A DNA stretch of 64,000 nt from a virus (Duplodnaviria > Caudoviricetes). The notes under the pieces are model-generated. The model saw nothing but the letters and a program-made list of their open reading frames with translations. It had not been told where the DNA came from and ran no database searches. The position numbers and the translations under genes are program-made. Where the stretch lies: the IMG/VR virus record IMGVR_UViG_3300025868_000003, positions 7,340 through 71,339 of that record; one strand, given 5' to 3'. Each line of letters opens with the position of its first letter. Within the stretch, counting starts at the first letter, position 1. Shown one piece after another: positions 55,569 to 64,000 of the stretch.

Positions 55569-56432
55569 ATGACATCAAATGTAGAAAACCTGAAAGCCCT
55601 GGCCGCATCCCTACCACGTGACGTACAAGCAAATGCAGTTGCTTTAGTGGAGAAAATGACCTCTGTAATTGAAGGTCTGGGTGATGATCCGGAGCGTGCT
55701 CGTTGGAGGCCTACTAACGTTAAGTTGGTACAAGCAACTACAGATCGTAGCAAATTGCCTAAGGGGGCATCAATAGGTAGTCTAGTACTAGGAGACTCCG
55801 TGGTATCCCAACCATTGGACGTTATCCCTATGGGGGTATGGAATGGCCGTCAATTTTGGTCCCCCGACCAAAATGAGGCAAAATTGATTTGTTCTAGCCC
55901 CGATGCTAAAGTAGGATACCTCGGTTATGACTGCAAAACGTGTCCTCATTCACGGTGGAACGAGGAAACTAGGCGTTCTGAGTGCGGAATGACCTATGAA
56001 TTCATGGTCATCAAAGCAGATTTGAGCGATGTGTTCAAAATCTCTTTCTCCAAGACTAACTATGCTATTGGTAAAGAGTGGTTTGGTAAGATTAAGGATT
56101 CGGGAAAACAGCTGTATTCTAGGAAATACGGTGTAAGTACTAAGACTAACGCTAAGTACAAGCAGGTGGAATCCTTCAACATAGAGTACTATAACGAAGC
56201 TAGTCAGCGTGATGTACCGGAAGAGAATAAGGCATTTGTCTATGAAATCTTCAAGGGTATTAACAGTGACCGTAAGGAAATGCTAGACGTATTCCATAAG
56301 AACATCATGGATAAACGTGCACGAGGAGACATTGCTCCAGTTCTACTGAGTGACAATGCTTCAGCTACTCCTGCTATCACAGTGTCGGTAGAGGGCGTAG
56401 TTTCTGATTCGGCTAAGAAGTATTCAGTGTAA
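55569..56432 (+). CDS. Putative single-stranded DNA-binding/recombination protein
   Basis: CSS.D..G...CKTCP..W...C pattern; next to the nuclease and primase genes. Confidence 0.5.
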   Translation: MTSNVENLKALAASLPRDVQANAVALVEKMTSVIEGLGDDPERARWRPTNVKLVQATTDRSKLPKGASIGSLVLGDSVVSQPLDVIPMGVWNGRQFWSPDQNEAKLICSSPDAKVGYLGYDCKTCPHSRWNEETRRSECGMTYEFMVIKADLSDVFKISFSKTNYAIGKEWFGKIKDSGKQLYSRKYGVSTKTNAKYKQVESFNIEYYNEASQRDVPEENKAFVYEIFKGINSDRKEMLDVFHKNIMDKRARGDIAPVLLSDNASATPAITVSVEGVVSDSAKKYSV

Positions 56433-56479
56433 CTGTCAGGGGGTCGCTAAATGCGGCCCTCATTATAATAATAACAATA

Positions 56480-56986
56480 ATGAATATGGCTACTAGGAAC
56501 GAAGTAAACTTTGATAATCTACCACTTCATATGAAGCAGGTTATTGAATTAACGGATAATTTTCAAAGTGACAAGTACCCCAAGTGTAGATGCTTCTATC
56601 TAGTTGATGGTAAGGTAGTTTTCGGAGTTTCTATTATAGAAACCGAAGACTCTTTTTTAGTTGGAGCTCCGGCTAGAATGGTAAGATCTACCCCGGGTAG
56701 TGATATAGTGGTTGACCCCATCTATGATTTACCTATTATTAGGATACTTAAGGCTTCTGTGGCCTTAGTCACAGTGGTATCTCATAAGTTCAGGTTCTTA
56801 TACCTGGACTACCTGTCTGAAACCGGGGTAAAACTGCTACCGGAATACATGACGGAAGAAAGAGTTGAAGGAGTGCTGGAGTTGATGGCGGCTTTAACGG
56901 GGCAAACATTAATCTATAGTACTCCTAAGAACAGCACAATAAGTTCCACCGAGTTACATGGAACTGGAAATATAGTGATACATTAA
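56480..56986 (+). CDS. Hypothetical protein
   Basis: 168 aa; coupled to the nuclease gene. Confidence 0.6.
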   Translation: MNMATRNEVNFDNLPLHMKQVIELTDNFQSDKYPKCRCFYLVDGKVVFGVSIIETEDSFLVGAPARMVRSTPGSDIVVDPIYDLPIIRILKASVALVTVVSHKFRFLYLDYLSETGVKLLPEYMTEERVEGVLELMAALTGQTLIYSTPKNSTISSTELHGTGNIVIH

Positions 56987-57945
56987 TGAATACTACCTTA
57001 ACTAATACAAATAGGCTTTTGAACGATATTAGTGTAGCAGAATCCAAATGCTCAGATATAGTACTGGATAGATACGCTCTAGGCCCCTGGTCATTCTCCA
57101 AGCTAAAAATGCTTAAGCAGTGTCCGTATCAGTTTTATCTAAAGTATATTCTAAAGGTAAAGCGTGATTACATGGTACGTGATACCTTGATATCAGATGT
57201 AGGTACTAGTGCCCATAGGATCCTAGAGCTGATAATGAAGGGTAGGGACATAACAACTGCGTTTAAGGAAGCGGAGAGGGAAATAGTAGGTGCTAAGGCT
57301 GGAGGTTTCGGTAAAGCATCTCTGACTCAAGAACAATGGGATGAGCGTATCAAGACCTTAATTGGAACTATTAGTGATTTCTCCAGAAGGATGGATACTA
57401 TGCATACTAACCTTAAGGTTAAACGTATCCATACTGAGTTGAAGATCGGCATCACTAAAGACTATGAACCTACTGGATTCTTCGGTGAGGACGTATACTT
57501 TAGAGGTATCATTGACTTGATTATTCAATTAGAAGTTGCTTATCATAAATCATCTGACCTACTTATCATTGACCATAAGCACGGTGGTGGTGAGTTTAAT
57601 AACACTACTAAGAACTACCAGCCTCAGCTAGATACATATAAGGTATTGTTCCATCACGGCATTGAGCCGGTTACTGGAGCACAATCGGGTATTCACTTCA
57701 TCAAAGAGGGTAAAGTAGTTTGGGGGGATTATAAAGACCGTGCTACCATCGAAAAAGATCTCCGTGTGGATTTGGATTGGAGAATTAACGGGGCAATTGA
57801 TACTACTAAAGAGCGTGGGTTTTTTAAGCACGTAAGAGGTAACCCCTGTCAGTATTGTGAATTTGATGAAGAATGTAAAGCTGGACTTCTAAAAGAAAAT
57901 GAATTGAGTACTAAAAAGTACTTTACTATCAAGAAGGTAGACTAA
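56986..57945 (+). CDS. PD-(D/E)xK (RecB/Cas4-like) exonuclease
   Basis: WSFSKL..CP..F; RGIIDL; IIDHK; C-terminal CQYC..C. Confidence 0.85.
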   Translation: MNTTLTNTNRLLNDISVAESKCSDIVLDRYALGPWSFSKLKMLKQCPYQFYLKYILKVKRDYMVRDTLISDVGTSAHRILELIMKGRDITTAFKEAEREIVGAKAGGFGKASLTQEQWDERIKTLIGTISDFSRRMDTMHTNLKVKRIHTELKIGITKDYEPTGFFGEDVYFRGIIDLIIQLEVAYHKSSDLLIIDHKHGGGEFNNTTKNYQPQLDTYKVLFHHGIEPVTGAQSGIHFIKEGKVVWGDYKDRATIEKDLRVDLDWRINGAIDTTKERGFFKHVRGNPCQYCEFDEECKAGLLKENELSTKKYFTIKKVD

Positions 57946-58029
57946 CTACTCAGTTAGTCTATCTTCCTCTTTACCTCAGACCCTGACCCTGCTAGAATTG
58001 GGTTAGCAAAACCAATTAGGGAACAAACA

Positions 58030-60933
58030 ATGTTTAACACCATAAAGTCAAAAGTTGACTTGTTAGAAGTCATCTCCAAAGATTTAGATTTAGATTTAAA
58101 AGAAGCCGGTACAGACACTTTTGCTATAGTTGATGAGCAGGATCAGGGTGGCTGTCCATTCTGTGGACACATGGATTGCTTCAAAATTAAGAGTAGTCGC
58201 AACCCCGAAGACTATTCAGACAACATTTACCACTGTTTCAGTTGTGACTCGCATGGTGATGTGATCCAGTGGAGGTCAGAACGTAAGAAGATATCTTTAG
58301 TAGAAGCTGCTAGGGAATTAGCTAAGGAATACTCTATAGAGTTACCTAGGGACTTTAACCCAACTCAGGATGTATTTACTGCCGCAGCTAATTACTATAG
58401 AACTTGCTTTTTAGGGTCTTGTAATTCCCCTCAGAAGAAACTTAGTGGGATGACTCCTATGGAGTATCAGACAAGGGTCCGTAAACACTCTGTAGAGGCC
58501 CTAGAACACTTCCAAGTTGGTTGGTCGGATGGTGGCCTCATAGAGTTCCTGGAGAGCCTAGGATACGATCCTGAGCTATTACTAGAGGCTGGCCTTAAAC
58601 ACAACAAGACAGGTAAGGATTTCCTACCTAATGATTGTTTCATCTACCCCCACATCTGTAAGGGTAAGGTTAGCCATTTTACATTTAAAGATCCAAACAA
58701 GAAGATTGCGTATCAACTACCTAATAAATTTGTGCTTAACGGCACAACGTTTTATGGTCAGGATTCCACTCGCTTGGCGGATTCTATTCTTATAGTTGAA
58801 GGTGAGAATGATGTAATTAGTTCTTGGGAAAACTCTGACCCATCAAAGCTATCAGTAATAGGTACTATAGGCCAAATTAGCGGTAGTCAGTTGGACTGGC
58901 TTAGAGAGAACCTAAGTTCTAAGCACATAGTAACCGCGTTTGATCCTGATGCTGCGGGTGATAAGTACCGTGAAAAAATGGAGAAGATTAAAGGTAACTT
59001 TAAGAGCCTCACTCATGTACTTCCCCCTGAAGGTAAGGATATAGATGATCACCTATCACTGGGCGGGGTTGATATTGTTAAATTCTTGAATGACAACGTA
59101 ACTACGGTCAAGGCAAGCTCGTCAATTATCATCTCATCCGGCATTACATCTACAACGGCTATACCGTTGGTAGGTCAGACAATAGAATCAATGAATAGGT
59201 CCGTGAAAGTAGAGGGTGAAGGTGAAGGGGCTCTTACTAATAACTCCATTATCGAGAAGAACGGATGTTATTACAAACTAGTATTCAAAGATGGTGAACC
59301 ATCTTATCGTAAGATAAGCAACTGTGTTATTCGCCTTCTTAACGTATTTGTAGACGATGAAGGCCATCGTACCAGGGAGATTCGTGTAATTAAGGAGACT
59401 GGTAAGACCAGTGAATCCATACACGTTAACTCTGATACCAAGACGTCCATACGCTCCTTTAGGTCATTATTGGCTGAAGCTGCAGACGCAGATTTTGGTG
59501 GTACAGATGCTGACCTTTCAGCTACTTGGGAGTTAGTATTCTCCAAGGGTAATAATGAGGTTAGGACTACACGTATGGTAGGCAGGGTAGATAGGCAGCG
59601 TGGTTGGATATTTAGAAATATGTTCGTGTCTGATACTGGTTCTGTGATTAAACCCGATGATACTGGTATTACGTGGTTAAGCGGTAAGTTAACGGGGCTG
59701 AAGCCTGAGTCCCTTAACACTAGTAACCATTTAGATGGTGAAGACATGAACATCCCTAGGCTGAATGATGGGCTTACAGAAGAGGAGCGAGAAGAGCTTA
59801 CTGGTAATGTAGTTAGACACTTAGTAGCTAACTTGAATGATCCTGGTGAAGCCTTGATAATGTTAGGGTGGATGAATGCCTGTGCGTATTCTAATACTAT
59901 CTTCAAGATGAATCGAAACTTCCCCATGTTATTTGTGTGGGGAACGGCTGGACAAGGTAAGGGATCAGTATGTTCATGGATAATGGACTTGTATGACTTG
60001 GCTAGAACTCGTACGGCTGTGGCGCAGATTAAGTCTGGAGTAGGTTTAGCCCTTAAGGCTGGTTATTACGCATCTTTACCCCTATGGGTTGATGAGATAC
60101 GTGCTGATAAGGAGACTGCAGAGCACCAAAGTGCATTGCGTGACTTCTTTGATAGGGGTAGTAGACCGTTAGGTACTAAAGATGGACATACTATTAAGGA
60201 ACGTGTGATTAGATGTTGTATGATGTTCTCTGGGGAAGACCAGTTCACTGACCCCGCTACTAAAGAACGTTGTTTAGTGGTAAGACTTAAGAATATGGAG
60301 GGAGCAGGTCGTGAAACAGATAATTCTTTCAGGTGGTTTGATGAGAATAGGGAGTTACTGTCAGCGGTGGGGTATAAATGGATCCTTGAGTCAGTAAGAG
60401 AAGACCATGAGGTATTAAGGAACGAGATACGCAAGCTAGACAAAGAGATTCATGAAGCTACGAAAGGCTCTGCCCGTAAGTCTAAGAGTTGGGCTATAGT
60501 AGGTATATTCGCAATACGTCTGGCTAATAAGTATCTCCCTGGATTCGACATGCGTAAGTACTTATACGAAACCTCCACTATGGATAGCTCGGTTCAAAAA
60601 AGTGAGTCTACTGTAGCTCAGTTTTTTGAGGAGGTTGAACACCTCATGGTTAAGGAGGGTAATGCTAGAACTGTTAATGAGAATCATATTAGTGTTACCG
60701 GCACTACTTTAAGCATATGGTTTTCAGCAGTGTATAAAGCAGTATCTGATTCGTGTAGAGGAACATTCCCATTTTCCAGGAATGCCGTACTAGCTGCCAT
60801 AAGGGATGAGCCTTACTATCTAAAGGACAGAGTTACTGCTATCTTAGGGCTACATAGACGAGAGGTATTACAGATAGATGTTAGTAAGGCCCCTAGTTAC
60901 ATTAAGAGCATAGCAGGATACGAAGATAGGTAA
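58030..60933 (+). CDS. DnaG-type primase (CHC2 Zn finger + Toprim) fused to a P-loop ATPase/helicase-like domain
   Basis: CPFCGH..CFSC..GDVI; IVEGEND; AFDPDAAG; KDIDD; C-terminal GTAGQGKGS and VDE. Confidence 0.85.
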   Translation: MFNTIKSKVDLLEVISKDLDLDLKEAGTDTFAIVDEQDQGGCPFCGHMDCFKIKSSRNPEDYSDNIYHCFSCDSHGDVIQWRSERKKISLVEAARELAKEYSIELPRDFNPTQDVFTAAANYYRTCFLGSCNSPQKKLSGMTPMEYQTRVRKHSVEALEHFQVGWSDGGLIEFLESLGYDPELLLEAGLKHNKTGKDFLPNDCFIYPHICKGKVSHFTFKDPNKKIAYQLPNKFVLNGTTFYGQDSTRLADSILIVEGENDVISSWENSDPSKLSVIGTIGQISGSQLDWLRENLSSKHIVTAFDPDAAGDKYREKMEKIKGNFKSLTHVLPPEGKDIDDHLSLGGVDIVKFLNDNVTTVKASSSIIISSGITSTTAIPLVGQTIESMNRSVKVEGEGEGALTNNSIIEKNGCYYKLVFKDGEPSYRKISNCVIRLLNVFVDDEGHRTREIRVIKETGKTSESIHVNSDTKTSIRSFRSLLAEAADADFGGTDADLSATWELVFSKGNNEVRTTRMVGRVDRQRGWIFRNMFVSDTGSVIKPDDTGITWLSGKLTGLKPESLNTSNHLDGEDMNIPRLNDGLTEEEREELTGNVVRHLVANLNDPGEALIMLGWMNACAYSNTIFKMNRNFPMLFVWGTAGQGKGSVCSWIMDLYDLARTRTAVAQIKSGVGLALKAGYYASLPLWVDEIRADKETAEHQSALRDFFDRGSRPLGTKDGHTIKERVIRCCMMFSGEDQFTDPATKERCLVVRLKNMEGAGRETDNSFRWFDENRELLSAVGYKWILESVREDHEVLRNEIRKLDKEIHEATKGSARKSKSWAIVGIFAIRLANKYLPGFDMRKYLYETSTMDSSVQKSESTVAQFFEEVEHLMVKEGNARTVNENHISVTGTTLSIWFSAVYKAVSDSCRGTFPFSRNAVLAAIRDEPYYLKDRVTAILGLHRREVLQIDVSKAPSYIKSIAGYEDR

Positions 60934-60972
60934 AGTCGTTATAGCGAAATCGAAGAAGTATCTAGATTTCGC

Positions 60973-61001
60973 TTGACTTCTTTTTTAAATTAATCCATAA
61001 T
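60973..61001 (+). promoter_or_regulatory. Host sigma70-type promoter
   Basis: TTGACT-N17-CATAAT upstream of 61035. Confidence 0.65.
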
Positions 61002-61034
61002 TCAACCTTCATTAACAACACCGGAGACGGGAAA

Positions 61035-61340
61035 ATGAGTGAAGTAAATAGTGTAGTACCAGTAGTGGCAGTAACTGTAGCAAAGAAGAAGGCTTGGATT
61101 AACCGCAAACCACAAGGTCTTCAGAATTACCGTAACTTCTATGGTCACGGTAATGCAAGATTTTACATTTATCCTGATTCAGGATGGGATATTAAAAAAT
61201 GGGGCCATAAACCCTCTTTAGGTATAGTGTATGCAGATGATGAATTCTATGCAGTACGTGAAGCCTACAGTAAACAACTGGCTCCGGTTAATCAGACATT
61301 CGGTTTGATGGCAGTTCTAAAGCCTTTGAAACATCAATAA
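61035..61340 (+). CDS. Hypothetical protein
   Basis: GGAG ribosome-binding site; 101 aa. Confidence 0.65.
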   Translation: MSEVNSVVPVVAVTVAKKKAWINRKPQGLQNYRNFYGHGNARFYIYPDSGWDIKKWGHKPSLGIVYADDEFYAVREAYSKQLAPVNQTFGLMAVLKPLKHQ

Positions 61341-61366
61341 CATAACAATAATAAGAGAGAAGAAAC

Positions 61367-61630
61367 ATGAATAAACAAGCAATCATAGAGGCATTGGCAA
61401 CAACAAGTGGTATTTCTAAGGCTCAAGCTGAGCGTAATCTGGATGCACTCCTGATAGTAATGCGTAGAGGTCTAACTGATAATGGAGAATTCACATTCTC
61501 TGGAATCGGCAAGCTAAAGGTTATCAACCGCCAAGCCAGGACTGGTCGTAACCCCAACACTGGCGCGGCCCTGCAAATTCCAGCCAGGAAGACCGTTCGC
61601 TTCCGCCAGTCTAGTAACTTGGAAGTCTAA
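61367..61630 (+). CDS. hup: HU/IHF-family DNA-binding protein
   Basis: MNKQAII..A..SGISKAQAE; FSGIGKL..RQARTGRNPNTG..IPARKTVRF; hairpin at about 61658-61676. Confidence 0.93.
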   Translation: MNKQAIIEALATTSGISKAQAERNLDALLIVMRRGLTDNGEFTFSGIGKLKVINRQARTGRNPNTGAALQIPARKTVRFRQSSNLEV

Positions 61631-61686
61631 ACAACTCCAAGTAGTGTTTTATAGTTAGGGCCTCTTCGGAGGCCTTAATTATTTGT

Positions 61687-61875
61687 ATGTTTTCTTGGTA
61701 TAAGACTAATATGAATCAGTATGTATTTCAATTGGTAGGAAGTGACGGTAACGTCAAGCTGTCGGTTCGAGTCCGACCATACGCCCGAAAGGGCTTTGAT
61801 TTAGGTAAACATATATGGGACATAATTCTTCAAAATGGGACGCCGATGCACACTATGCCAGTAAGACGTACCTAG
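61687..61875 (+). CDS. Hypothetical protein (start uncertain)
   Basis: Short ORF overlapping the TGGTATAA at 61696. Confidence 0.35.
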   Translation: MFSWYKTNMNQYVFQLVGSDGNVKLSVRVRPYARKGFDLGKHIWDIILQNGTPMHTMPVRRT

Positions 61876-62024
61876 AGATTGAGTCGGAACTTAAGCATGC
61901 TAGGGAGTCCCTGGATAACCTTAGCGAGGAGAGTAGGGTACGAATGGCGTCCTTTTACTCAAACTGGATAGGCAGACTTGAACTTGAAAGAGCCAATAGA
62001 GTAGGGATGAAGGGGGTGAAATGA
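61815..62024 (+). CDS. Hypothetical protein
   Basis: 69 aa; ATGA overlap with the next gene. Confidence 0.5.
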   Translation: MGHNSSKWDADAHYASKTYLEIESELKHARESLDNLSEESRVRMASFYSNWIGRLELERANRVGMKGVK

Positions 62025-62488
62025 ACTCAGAACAACAACGTATAGCATTCATAGAAGATCGTGACGGAAGTCAGGCTGCTATGGACTTCGTTAAAACTAC
62101 GTATGCCACGTATCGCCGTAGCCTTATGCAGAGTAGGAAGCGTGGTCACCAAAAGCCTCATCATACATCACTACCTGAATATCGTCCAAGGTTTATTCGA
62201 AGCTGTGTTGAGTTCCGAGCATATATGTACCGTAAGGCTGAAAGGCTTGGCCCTAATTGTGATACTTGTGATTACAAAAGGATGAACGTAAACGGGGATG
62301 GTCACTGCTACATGTTCAAGGAACAGCCGGAGGACTGTGGACAGTATAAGTCTGTGAACGTTATGAATGTGGGGACCATAGCTCATATAGGGCATGGTAG
62401 AACTGGATTGGCGTTGGCCATGTTAAATATGTTAAGTAGGTATCCAGTCATAGAGGGGAAAAATGAAGACAGAAACAGTGGAAGTTAA
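62021..62488 (+). CDS. Hypothetical protein with Cys motif
   Basis: CDTC..C..C. Confidence 0.6.
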   Translation: MNSEQQRIAFIEDRDGSQAAMDFVKTTYATYRRSLMQSRKRGHQKPHHTSLPEYRPRFIRSCVEFRAYMYRKAERLGPNCDTCDYKRMNVNGDGHCYMFKEQPEDCGQYKSVNVMNVGTIAHIGHGRTGLALAMLNMLSRYPVIEGKNEDRNSGS

Positions 62489-62855
62489 CGTCCAAGAAGT
62501 AGAAGGGATATTACTAGCTTACCTAGTGGCCCAGGCTCAGGGTAAGAGAGTAGGCATGTGTGTAGGTAGACTCTGTTACTTCTATACGACTTGGGAAGAT
62601 GGTAATGAGCCATTCTTTATTCCCTCCCATGTTAATACCCGGGAGCTTATTAACCTTATTGAAAGTGAGTTTATTCAAAGTACCGTAGTTTACACTAACG
62701 GAGTAAAATCCTGGCAGTGTTTTTATAACTCCACCTCTCTACCCATAGGAGATGGTCCTACTATGGTGGTGGCTGCTATGCGTTGTCTTATAGCTAGTAA
62801 ACTGGGTTATAAAATCAAAGTACCGAAGGAGATATTTGATGCAGCAAAGAACTAA
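62463..62855 (+). CDS. NinX/DUF2591-like phage protein
   Basis: GPT...AAMRCLIASKLG C-terminal motif. Confidence 0.6.
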   Translation: MKTETVEVNVQEVEGILLAYLVAQAQGKRVGMCVGRLCYFYTTWEDGNEPFFIPSHVNTRELINLIESEFIQSTVVYTNGVKSWQCFYNSTSLPIGDGPTMVVAAMRCLIASKLGYKIKVPKEIFDAAKN

Positions 62856-63672
62856 ACAGAGCCTATACTTTGACAGTCTAGGTGATAAACATAAGAAGTT
62901 CGAGGGTATCTATGCTGGGCAGATCCTTATCCCTGGAGTCCCGGTAATAGCTAGGCTAGACGGCAGAGCGTTTCATACCTTCACTAAGAACGCTATCAAA
63001 CCTTTCGATATCGATATTAACATAGGGATGACTTCAACAGCTAAACACTTATTGGGATCATTCCACCCAGACCTGGTGTATACACAGAGTGATGAGATCT
63101 CCCTTGTTTGGGGCAAAGGTACAGACATGTTTGATGGCAATGTACTTAAGCTTACTTCAACCCTATCCTCTATGGCATCTGTAGTATTCTATGACTGGAT
63201 ACAACAATTCCGCGATCGGTTTGGTAAGGTAATGCCAACCTTTGATTGCCGCATTTGGCAAGTTCCTGATGAGGAGACTGCTGCTGAAAACCTCATGTGG
63301 AGAGAAATGGATGCTACTAAGAACAGTATATCCATGTTGGCATCCTGTCATTTCAGTGTAGCCGAGTTACATGGTAAGAGTACCAAAGATCGTCTGGCTA
63401 TGTTAGAATCCAAGGGTATTCATTGGGAGAACTTGGATCACTGGCTGAAGAAGGGTGCATACTTCCGCAAGGAAGAACAGTTGAGAAACTTGACCAAGGA
63501 AGAGTTATCAAAGATACCGGAGAAGTATCACCCCGAGGGACCGATCCTTCGTTCAGAAGTGAAGATGTTGAGCATACCTAAAGCCACTTCAATAATGAAC
63601 TTGGCCGGTGTACTTTTCCACGGTGAGGATCCAACTGTATTTCCAACTACGGTACCGCCTATTTGGAAGTAG
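62836..63672 (+). CDS. thg1: tRNA(His) guanylyltransferase Thg1-like protein (3'-5' polymerase)
   Basis: IARLDGRAFHTFT, YTQSDEISL, FDCR, WREMDA..NS. Confidence 0.9.
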   Translation: MMQQRTKQSLYFDSLGDKHKKFEGIYAGQILIPGVPVIARLDGRAFHTFTKNAIKPFDIDINIGMTSTAKHLLGSFHPDLVYTQSDEISLVWGKGTDMFDGNVLKLTSTLSSMASVVFYDWIQQFRDRFGKVMPTFDCRIWQVPDEETAAENLMWREMDATKNSISMLASCHFSVAELHGKSTKDRLAMLESKGIHWENLDHWLKKGAYFRKEEQLRNLTKEELSKIPEKYHPEGPILRSEVKMLSIPKATSIMNLAGVLFHGEDPTVFPTTVPPIWK

Positions 63673-63763
63673 ATTGGGTCAATTATCCTTAACCTCAGTG
63701 GTATAAGATAATTGTAAGCCTATAAGACTTGCAAAACCAATACATTAATTTCAGGAGAAAGCT

Positions 63764-63940
63764 ATGAAGTCTGTACGACAAAAGTACGATGAAGCTGCCA
63801 AACGTAACGCTGCCAGGTTCTTTGGCAAAGGTGGAATTGCTGCTGTAATTAAAGAGCGCTCCAGCAAGGGTCAACAGATTGACCAGATGCGCGGCAAGCC
63901 CCGCCGTTCAGGGCGGGGAAGGATAGCGCGGATGCCGTAG
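63764..63940 (+). CDS. 58-aa basic hypothetical protein
   Basis: MKSVRQKY...RIARMP; AGGAG ribosome-binding site; TGGTATAA at 63699. Confidence 0.55.
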   Translation: MKSVRQKYDEAAKRNAARFFGKGGIAAVIKERSSKGQQIDQMRGKPRRSGRGRIARMP

Positions 63941-64000
63941 GCATCCTTGCCTTTGGTTGTTTCCTAAATTGGTGTTTGCTGTTGCTCGATATATTGCTTG

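Noticed and set aside
56986-57945. CRISPR-Cas adaptation module
   Set aside because: No repeat-spacer array or cas1/cas2 seen; solo Cas4/RecB-like nucleases next to SSB and primase are ordinary phage recombination genes.
1-64000. tRNA or rRNA genes, terminase, DNA polymerase, chimallin or PhuZ
   Set aside because: None recognised in this window. They may lie elsewhere in the genome, or be too divergent to detect without a search.

Overview
The window is part of a large, AT-rich tailed-phage genome, not a bacterial chromosome. The left and middle parts (mostly minus strand) hold a virion-morphogenesis module: portal, prohead protease, scaffold-like proteins, HK97-fold capsid, decoration protein and neck proteins. 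Interleaved with it is a cellular-type two-barrel RNA polymerase encoded in three collinear pieces: beta fused to the start of beta', the beta' catalytic part, and the beta' C-terminal part. The right part (mostly plus strand) holds replication and nucleotide genes: SNF2 and DinG helicases, primase-ATPase, putative SSB, PD-(D/E)xK nuclease, dCMP deaminase, guanylate kinase, CYTH, HU, Thg1-like protein and a sigma70-like factor. The main signal is a recurrent peptide, N-K-Y-L-E-K-I-A: 13 recognisable copies in 10 ORFs, N-terminal or internal. It matches the register of the T4 capsid-targeting sequence, and dense K-x-A sites occur in the head proteins. It tags small cationic glycine-zipper proteins, a polyprotein, a LigD 3'-phosphoesterase/half-ferritin fusion and a SNF2 helicase, with an ATP-dependent ligase nearby. 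I infer a capsid cargo-loading and processing system that may deliver membrane-active peptides and a DNA end-repair kit. Other signals are a TAAAAT-N5/6-ATG motif suggesting leaderless late mRNAs, an ATTAA-N12-TGGTATAA promoter, four homing-endonuclease families and several deletion or duplication scars. All functional calls come from motif recognition by eye; no searches were run. I saw no tRNA, rRNA or CRISPR array.
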